Shown here one piece after another: positions 54,401 through 64,000 of a DNA stretch of 64,000 bases (position 1 is its first letter; every line of letters starts with the position of its first letter). The notes under the pieces were generated by a model. It was not told the DNA's origin. It saw only the letters and a program-made list of their open reading frames with translations, and did not search any database. A program made the position numbers and the translations under genes. This DNA comes from Octopus sinensis (Eukaryota). The stretch is from the NCBI RefSeq assembly GCF_006345805.1, contig NC_043001.1:58590001-58654000 (forward strand), given 5' to 3'.

Positions 54401-55400
54401 TTAACTTAGATGAAAGGAAATAGAATTACGTACCTTTGTCTCCAGGCTTGACTTTTGACACAGTCTTCTTTTTGGCCGAGTGGGTAGTGAGGAATAGTTT
54501 TTCTAGGAAGTTTGTTTTTTGTGTATTTACTGAACCCTGCAATGTCCTGAGAGAATTTTTTTTCCAAATCAAGATGCGTATCCGTAACTGTTTGGATTAT
54601 TATCCTGCTCAGTGCAGTTTTGGGGAGGAGTTCCGCAAAATTTTCTCCACTTGTAATGCTTTTATTATTAATAAATTCTTCAGTCAATTCGATTTTGCTC
54701 TTCTGAACAATGAAGTTGATGAAGGAATTACGTCCCCGAGAATGTGATTGCTGGCCACTTATTGTTTGTGTTTTTCTTTTGCTTTTTTGTGTAGTTGTGA
54801 ATGTGTTTCTAATAATTAGTTGCCATGTGATGATGTTGATGTTGGTGTTGATCTGTTCTTAAATTGGAGTTTTGACGGATTTTCTTGTTTACCGTCATAC
54901 CTTAGGTCCTTTTAATTTGGGCCGGTCTTCCATACGAATTCCAGTCCCGTTGAGTTATGGGGTGGAATTCACCTCCACAATCTCTCCATGCTCCTCCAGA
55001 ATGGTTAATACCTCGCCAGATCACAATGACCCGGCATGTTATTGACTAGAATTCGAGTCAACATTTTACCCATGTAATGGAGTATCATTACAAAAGCATG
55101 GGGCGTGGAAATTATGGTTGCCATTCTGCTAGCTTCTTGTTCACAGCTGAATATAGCAGCATTAACATCCCATATTCTTTACCTTTCTGTATGTGTAGTC
55201 CTGAAAGCCATACATTTTCGACGCAGATTTTGGTCTCTGCCCGAGTAGGTAATTTAAGTTTCCTCTCCTGGCGAGAAACCCATTGACAAACAATTGTTCA
55301 TCCATCGTGGGGTTTTTTCTGCTCTCAGTAAGGCACATAACAACTGGTTTCATATTGTTCCTCTTGTATTGCAGTGTTTTATATTTTAAGTCATCCATTG
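54400..55400 (-). mobile_element. Possible CR1-like LINE AP-endonuclease remnant
   Basis: KPVVMCLTES near the start and spacing consistent with an APE domain; heavily decayed. Confidence 0.4.
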
Positions 55401-55469
55401 AAAAAAGTTAGTCCAGTTGCTAACGACTTTAGAAGGGAATTAGCTTTCTTGAGGTGCATTGTGTTATTA

Positions 55470-55537
<68 letters not shown>

Positions 55538-55830
55538 GACGTTGTTAGTGTTGAAGGTGGTGTCGTTGCCGTCTTCGTTGTTTTTCCGCACAGATATCAC
55601 TATTGTTGTTTTCAATCTTGTTCTTGTTACTTTTCTAATTTTCGATCCCTTTAATCTTGTTGCTGATGTTGTTGATATCAACTGTGATATCATTCTTGTT
55701 GTTTCTGCTGTTTGTGGTGATGGTGTTATAATACTTGTGGTGGTGGTGGTGGTGGTGGTAGTGGTGCTGCTTTTCCCATTGTTGCTACTGATGTAGTCGT
55801 CGTCGTTGTCATTATCGTTGCTGCTGGTAC
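55470..55830. repeat. Compound CTG/TTG/GTG/GTC array
   Basis: Direct reading. Confidence 0.85.
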
Positions 55831-55990
55831 TTTTGCATTTATTACTGTCGTCGTAGCAACAAGAGGAAAATATATATCTCTTTGGCGCGAAATAATATTT
55901 CACCTTCATCTGCATTTATTTTCGGAAGTTACAACTGAATAAACAGAAGGCTTGCTCTTGGTCGATGATTATTATTATTATTATTATTAA

Positions 55991-56029
<39 letters not shown>

Positions 56030-56311
56030 GAACGAAACACCCATGATTCCAAAGGTATATTATTCAAACGCCAAAGAATCCCTCTCAATACATGGCTATG
56101 ATGCTCCCCCACTACTTCTGATCGTGATCAGAGATGCACATATCGTCAGCCACTAAGAGATATGCTCAACTGGTTATGGTCGAACAACTGACCAGCAAAT
56201 CTGTGGTATTGAGCAGAATATTTGCTGTAGCCCATGTTTTATACCAAGACAAGACAATGTACATGATAACACTTCCAATGAGTTAATATCAGAAGCCATG
56301 AGAGCCACTGC
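56030..56311. repeat. Second copy of the 52775-53060 dispersed repeat, flanked by (ATT)n
   Basis: Direct alignment by eye. Confidence 0.8.
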
Positions 56312-56314
56312 ATA

Positions 56315-56381
<67 letters not shown>

Positions 56382-56629
56382 TCGTAATCCGTAATTTTTT
56401 AAAATGGAAAATAAATAATATCCTGTTTTTAGAAAGAATGCAAAAATGTAAAACAACTATTGCCCCTCGAAAAAGGGATGCAATTACACAAAATGCTTCC
56501 ACCACAATCCAGACAATGTAGGCAAAATACTTCTTAAATAAGATTTTGAATGCTGCAACCAGCCGAAATTCTTGTTTAAACACTTAGAATTTTCAGAGCT
56601 CCAGCTTGTATGACATCACGGGCTTATGG

Positions 56630-56631
56630 CC

Positions 56632-56701
<70 letters not shown>

Positions 56702-56856
56702 TAATAATAATAATAAAGAGAAGAAGAAGAAGGTGGAGGAGGAGGAGGAGGAGGAGAAGAAGAGGAGGAGAAGAAGAAGAAGAAGAAGAAGAAGAAGAAG
56801 AAGAAGAAGAAGAAGAAGAAGAAGAAGAAGAAGAAGAAGAAGAAGAAGAAGAAGAT
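56630..56856. repeat. (AAT)n-(GAG)n-(AAG)n array
   Basis: Direct reading. Confidence 0.92.
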
Positions 56857-58999
56857 ATTTCGTTTGCCACTTAAATCCCCACTTCAATTTCCGCCAAAGT
56901 GGACTTTGTTTCTCATCCTTTCAGGGTCGTTAAAGCAAATATCATTCCAACACTCCGGTCAATTTCCGCCACAAATTGGTGGTCGTGCGCCAAAATTTGA
57001 AATCTCAATTAATTACGACGGTAGTTCGATATATTAAATTTTGTGAGATAAGCTTACCAGAAGTTGATAGTAAATGTGCTGCAGCATGACCCGGTAGTAG
57101 GAAGAGAAATCAGAAAATCTACAAAGAATCTAAACCAAATATACGAAACCTTACTAAAACTAAAGATGTCTTCTAAGGAAAGTAGGATGATTTAGTTAAG
57201 TTTTTGCATTTCTGTGAGAGCTTCGTAAAGATTATGACTTAAATCCAAAATAAATTTTTCCTTGACTTTGTCAAAATTAACATCGAAATTTGGAACACGA
57301 AAGTTAAGTTTTCAGAAGTCCGAATAAAAAGAGTTATTTCACAAACCCACATCATCTCGTAGTTATCTTCACTACCACTCCAATCGACCACGTTGTACAA
57401 TTAAGTCAAAACCAATGTCCTAATTTTGTAGTAAAAACAGATTTCTTTTGACATATGAAATTGTTGGAAACATGCGAATGCGCCATTATGTCAAATGCGT
57501 TTATAGTGAATCACGATTATATGAAATCGTACATGACATAGCTAAAATTAGCAAGAAAAATCAAACCTTCTCATCTAATTTTAGCAGTCAAAGTACAATT
57601 TATGACCGAATTCCTTTAGTGATAAATTAGCACCAAAATTTTGCTAGCATTTCAAAAGTATTACTTGAAAGTTTCCAATGCATTTCAGAAAACTATCCTC
57701 ATTTAAAATAAATATTTCCGCAAGAAGAATATAAGAGAAATATTAACCAGTACCTCCAATAAAAATAAAAGTCCATGGTAGTGTTAGAACACAGCCGCGG
57801 CACTCTTCATTGTATTACAAGAGAAGTTATGCAAACAATGTATAACAGAAATATTACAACTTTTACAGAAGTTGGAAACTGCAAGGATTTCCATCTAGTG
57901 TTCACAATAGAATACAAACAATAGAACTTCATTTCTGTCGGATTGCTCAGCAGAAACATTTGCGTAAAGGATTCAGTGGACGTAGGCATGACGTACGTAC
58001 AATAATGGTAGTTCGACAGAACAACAGCAAATTTTAACTGAAACTGCTGTAAATTTGATGAATACCTGAAAATATACATTCTTGTAAAATATCCTGACTC
58101 CACTGAAATTTCATTCCTCAAAACACATGAAGATAAATAAAATTATGAATTTTATTTATCCTGCGTTTGCTGTCATAGTGGTAGTGAGATCTACTAAACT
58201 TTGTACTTTGTGATTCATCAACTCCCCTTCCATTTGATGTGACTCACAATGAAAACTGCCTCTTACTTCCTTTTCTAGGTCTGCTAGCTGAGCAGTCGAT
58301 ATATAAATATTTATAAAAATACTTTTCCAAAACGAAATGAGAATTTCCCTTTTGAAATTGAGGCCCACGGTGACACTAACAAGCAATCCACTTATATGTA
58401 ATTGTGATGGATTTAGCAAGCACTTTGTAGCAAAATACACAATTTACAACTTTTGAAAGAAAACTTAAAGCAATACATTTACGAGCGAAGAGACGTGTTG
58501 TCATCTAGTGCGAATAATAATAGTAATAATGATATTAATAATAATCTAATCTAATAATATCCATGGTAATGGGATAAAGGAATGTGTGGAAGATTTGAAA
58601 GAAGCGACCTTTTAGCGGAAATAATCACACAAACGAAATTTTATAGCCATACAAAGCACACTTTCTCCTATGCACGATGTTTTGGTGAAACATGTGCGAA
58701 ACACACACGTGAAATCAACATCGAAAACTTTTCAAATTATAAAATATAAATGGAACAAAGCAGTAAGTACATAATGTGATTAATTACTCATACACTCGAA
58801 TGCTTACACAATCATATATACCTTTTAACACGCATATGACTACTTATACATCTCAATGTTTAAAAAACTACGTGAAATTTACAGGACACACATACATCCA
58901 TATGAAAACATGTGTCACAAATGAAGCAAAAAAGACAATATAAAATTTTTTTTTTATTTTTCGAACTAACACCGACAGAGTGAATACTTCATAAGTTTA

Positions 59000-61900
59000 A
59001 AAACATCACAAAGTATCTATGTCCGGAGATAAATCTATCAAAAAAAAAAAAACAAAACAGACGAATACAGATCTGTTAGCCTTAAAAAGCTACGTTACAA
59101 GCAATGTTTTCATTCAGAGAACTCGGAGGTGTTATCTCAAAAAGTTAACTCTAAACAGACAGTTTCGTCCCCTAATGTCAACGTTCTAGCTCGTCACCCC
59201 TCAATGATAACACAGAAATATGCAAACAGTATCCGTCGTCAGCCGGATCACCAAGGACTGCGTACTCGAATGATGAATCAGATCGGGTACGCAAAATCAG
59301 CTACTGGTACAAATCTTCCCGAAACACAGGAATCATAATATTCCAACAGATGGCCATCCATGCTCGGCATCAAATTACCGAAAGAAAACAATAAAAAATT
59401 ATCTAGGGGAGATAATAAAGATATATTTCTCCACAAATAGATCTAATACTGTACAAACCTACATAAACTGGAGACAGAAACGCCTTGAAATAAGAACCTA
59501 CATAGACAGTAACATACTTGCCAACGTCAGAAGAAACATTATGAAAACTAAATTACTAACTGAATTAGACATTAAACAATCAGTAAGGGATAAAAGTAAC
59601 GAAGTTGCAGCTAAAGTTTCTACAGAGGAAATAATTATGAACCAGTCCAGGTCTGATGAAAACGCAGCAATGATAGAAAAAGTTAATGTTACTTATAAGC
59701 AAAATGAAATACTCTCTGAAACAACCATAAACATCAAAGCAGATGTAAATCAAATAGATGAACAAAGTCACACAGCAATTGACCCAACACTATTACATGA
59801 TCTAAAAAATCAAATCATGTTTGAATAGCTGAAAATTGAAGAAACCAATATGAATGAAGGCGAGACTCTCCCAAAAATTTGCATTTCTAACCAAAATCTG
59901 AAAGTAATTGTTAAAATCCGCCTTGCACATTAGAATACAATTTCAGCTAAAGATGTTGGTATTACAGATCTCAGTCACCTGTACTATACATCAGCGAAAA
60001 TCTCAACGATTATATGCGGTGAGAAGATTAAAAAACAACAACACTCCCACAAAAAGCCTACTTGGCAACAGCGTATTCAACACCAAATTCAGCTACTGAA
60101 TTAGAATATTCAAAAATATAGAATATTCAAAAACCTCGAGTGTGACAAGACTATCAAGCCAACAAAAATACTAACATTTAAGAAAACACATAATATGAAA
60201 GCCATCGATACCACCATAGAAACCACCAAGCAAAAGATATGTGCTAAAGCTGTCCTCAAATATAAGGTTGTCCCAAAAGTTCGTAGAAAGTCTTGGAAAA
60301 TAATGGTCTTTATTTTGAGGAATAAGTTTTGTTGTTTTTGTTAGTACTTGGCGAGTAAAAATTCAATTTTCGCAAGTGTTTACGAACTTTTGGGACAACC
60401 TAATATAACCCGAACAATGTGTACAGGAAGATAGGGAAAATACCAGTTACAGTAAAGATTGTCCCAGTAAAAGAAGAGCAGGAAATTTAGAACAAAATCT
60501 AGGCAGAACACAAACAATGAAAAGTCTCCTTCAATTGATAGAATATCTACAGACATAGACTACTTAAAACTACTTAAAAGAGCAAGGTAGAGGATGTAAG
60601 ATCTGCTCTCAGGAAGTCAAACAAATGGAAGTCTCCAGGAAAGGATAAAATTCCTAACTTGTGGTTGAATGCCTTCCCAGAGAGTCATGGACTTGTAATA
60701 AAACTTTAAAACATTGGAGTATGATTCCATGACTGAATATACCTATAGTTTTTTAATAGAAAGTGGCATATTCCCTAATGAAAAAAAAAGGATGTAAACG
60801 TGGGTCCTATGGTTGTAATGATCAGCTACTCATCAATAAGATCATCTTCAAGGATTATCAAAAGCGACACAAAACTTGTTGATAGCCTGGATTCTATAAA
60901 AAAAAAACTTTTGACAGTTTACCACATAGTTGGATTAAGAAGTGTCTGGAAATTTATAAAATAGATCCTACTCTGCGAAACTTTTTGTCTGTAAGTATGA
61001 GATCATATAGAAACACACCGACTTTTAACACTGACAATTAATCTCTCAATGCTGGAGATGTAAGAATTTCGTGTGGCATTTTCCAGGGTATCTTTCTATC
61101 ACAACTCCTCTTTTGTCGAGCCTTAACGTTTTTCCCGAATTTGCTCGATGATGTACAATAAGGCTATAAAATATTTGATGAAAATATAAATCAATTCATT
61201 TATATGGATGATTTAAAGATCTTTGCAAAAAATGACAAACGACTACAGGGTTTACTGGCGATTGTTATAAAATTCAGTGATGACATCAGGATGCAATTAG
61301 GCCTCGATAAATGTGCAAAAGCTACATTTATCAAAGGAGAAATGAAAGAAAAATCCAATGTTAGTCTTGAGCAGCAGAATGTCATAAAGTAGTTAGAACC
61401 AGCGGAGAGCTTCAAATACCTAGGAGTCATTGAAGGGGACGGTATCAAACATTAAGTGATGAGGGAAAGAATCAGAAGAGATTGTTATGGCAGGGTAAGG
61501 GTAATACTCAAGACAGAGCTGAATGCAAGAAACAGGATCGAAGCGATCAATAATTTAGCCATGCCTGTTGTGACTTACAGTTTCAATGTCATTAACTGGC
61601 CAGTTACTGAAATATGTAATCTTGACAGAAAAATATGAAAATTGTTGACAATGGATAGAATGCACCACCCTAAGGCAGATATAGAACGACTTTATCTACC
61701 AAGAAAAGAGGGAGGCCGTGAACTTTTACAACTGGAATTAAAAATAAAGATTGCCACAATTGGCCTAGACACCTACCTGAAAATCTCTAATGACTGGATG
61801 TTAAAACTTGTCTGAAAACAAGAAAGCATAATACTCAATCTCAAAACAGGCAAAGGAATATCTAAGTGAATTTCAAACACAACAAATTCCAGAATTAGAC

Positions 61901-62866
61901 GTACTAGAAACAAACGCAGAAAAAGCTAAGCGTATTAAAATCTGTGATAAAACTGATGCCTTAGATATTCTTACTGGTAAATAGCTGGAAAAACCTCTCA
62001 ATGGCAAATACCCAAAGAGAGATAATAGTGCCGATGTTCATAACACCTTTACTCATGGATGGTTTCTCCTGACTTAAAATCAGAAACATAAGGGTTTATC
62101 ATAGCAGCCCAAGATCAATGCTAAACTACAAGGAACTACCAGACCAACATATTAAAGTCGGCAGTAGTCCAATATTGTGTATGTCAACAGCAAAATGAAA
62201 TCATTGATCATGTTGTCTCCATGTGCAACCTTATTGCGAGTAAAGAGTATCTCAACAGGCATGATAGATCAGTACAATATATATTCACTGGCTAATTTGC
62301 AAAACTCTGGACCTGCACCATGATAAAAACTGGTGGGAATACAAAGCACCTCCAGTGCTTGAAAATGGTCACATCTCATTCCTCTGGAACTTCACCATTC
62401 AAACTGACTGAAAGATAAATGCGAATAAGCCAAACATTATATTGAAAGGCCTCAGACAAAAATCATGCCTCCTCATTGATATGACTGTACCAATCAGCAT
62501 AAATGTATATGTCAAGACCTACCAAAAATTCAGCAAATATAGAGACCTTGAAATAGAAATTGGCAAAATGTGGAACCTGAAGACAAAAACAATACCTGTT
62601 GTCGTAGGTGCCCTAGGAATGATAGCAAAATTGATTGATTGCTACCTATCTCAGATACCAGGAAACCTCAAGATAGCAGAAATTCAAAAGATAGTGATAA
62701 TGGGAACTGCCCGTATCCCACGTAAAATACTGTCTATGTAATCTCATAATTTTGTTTTCTTAAACATTCTCTAGAACAATACTTTGTGCAAAACCAAATA
62801 TATGGCCCCCTAGGTGTAACATCAACTTGAACTTCTAACTTGTCTCTTGAGGTCTCTGGGTGAGAT
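59000..62866 (+). mobile_element. Near full-length decayed R4/Dong-like LINE ending in a (TAA)n tail
   Basis: KKPTWQQRIQHQI; GIFQG; YMDDLKIFAK (61200); LGLDKCAK; FKYLG; AINNLAMPVVTYSF; IIAAQDQ; HVVSMC...EYLNRHDR; RLE region CLLIDMTVP...KYRDLEIEIGKMWNLKT...VVGALG. The 5' boundary is approximate. Confidence 0.9.
60263..60403. mobile_element. 141-bp mariner-type MITE nested in the LINE
   Basis: 23-bp TIRs TAAGGTTGTCCCAAAAGTTCGTA / TACGAACTTTTGGGACAACCTAA (1 mismatch); TA duplication 60261-62 and 60404-05. Confidence 0.9.
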
Positions 62867-62900
62867 GATAATAATAATAATGATAATAATAATAATAATG

Positions 62901-62964
<64 letters not shown>

Positions 62965-63040
62965 GGATGATGATGATGATGATGATAATAATAATAATAA
63001 TGATAATAATAATAATAATGATGATAATAATAATAATAAT
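62867..63040. repeat. (TAA)n/(TGA)n array between two LINEs
   Basis: Direct reading. Confidence 0.92.
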
Positions 63041-64000
63041 ATTTGTTTCTTCAGAAGATGAAGAAACAACAAAAGCTATAAAAAAAATGAAATCCAAACT
63101 AAAAATAGAACAGCAACGAACCATGATAAAACGATGGCAAGAAAAGCCCCTTCATGGTAAATACTGGACTAAACTAAACGCAAAAGAAATAGACAAAGAA
63201 AAATCCCAGCAATGGTTGAGAAGCTCAGGACTCAAAGCAGAAACAGAGGGATTTTTAATTGAAGCACAAGACCAAAGCCTCCCCACCAGAAATTACCAAA
63301 GACATGTAATGAAAAGAAATATTACAAGTAACTGCAGAATATGTGGAGATGGACGAGAAACAATAAATCATATTATCTCTAGCTGCCCAGTCCTGGCTAA
63401 GAAGGAATATATTCACAGACATGACAGAGTTGGAACTTACATACATTGGAAGCTATGCCAACATTATGGAATAACAACAGAAAAAAGATGGTATAGGCAC
63501 ACACCAGAAAAGGTCACAGAAAACGAGAAAGCAACCATACTCTGGGATATGCCGATACACACAGATAGAGAAATTAAGGCCAACAGACCAGATATAGTTG
63601 TCAGAGACCATGAAGAAAAAAAATGCTTTCTAATTGATGTATCAGTACCGGCAGATGACAACGTGTCTGTAAAAGAAATGGAGAAACTCTCAAAATACAA
63701 AGACCTGGAAATAGAGGTAACTAGAATGTGGAATCTGAAAACAGAAACAATTCCTATCATAGTAGGTGCGTTAGGCATGATAAAAAAATATTCAGACAAA
63801 TACATAACAAAAACACCAGGACTTACAAACACATATAACATACAGAAAATTGCACTACTAGGCACTGCACACATCCTACGCAGAACACTTTCCATACAAT
63901 AACCATCAGAGCATCACAACAAATCACAGCACATACCCAAGGCACACAGAGCTGCGCTCGGTAGTGAAGTGAAAGCACGCTATAAAAATAAAAATAAAAC
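63041..64000 (+). mobile_element. Young 5'-truncated R4/Dong-like LINE (intact C-terminal ORF to 63902 plus 3'UTR)
   Basis: Uninterrupted frame containing KPLHGKY, ETEGFLIEAQDQSL, the CCHC knuckle CRICGDGRETINHIISSC, and RLE NRPDIVV...LIDVSVP...EKLSKY. Confidence 0.93.

Noticed and set aside
62847-63040. N-terminal poly-Ile/Met part of the 351-aa ORF
   Set aside because: Read-through of the (TAA/TGA)n array in its open frame; the real LINE-derived sequence starts at about 63041.

Overview
AT-rich, microsatellite-saturated eukaryotic DNA. The repeat load and SINE families suggest a coleoid cephalopod such as Octopus; this is inferred from pattern recognition, not a search. I found no credible host protein-coding exon, rRNA, true tRNA gene or CRISPR array, and most ORFs in the track are simple-repeat artefacts. 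The window is a transposon graveyard. It holds RTE, CR1-like, Tx1/L1-like and R4/Dong-like LINE fragments, a 5'-truncated Neptune-like Penelope element (RT + GIY-YIG), and a decayed GIY-YIG remnant that the ORF track misses. It also holds one full-length and two partial mariner transposons, several MITEs and many tRNA-derived SINEs. The main signal is non-coding: eight minimal type-I hammerhead ribozyme (HHR) motifs of the Penelope pseudo-LTR type, from intact to decayed, all read by eye. Two of them sit in opposite arms of an almost perfect ~500 bp foldback (45385-45883), so any transcript carries a ribozyme together with its own antisense. Another sits in the tail of a tRNA-headed SINE-like element (47285-47625).
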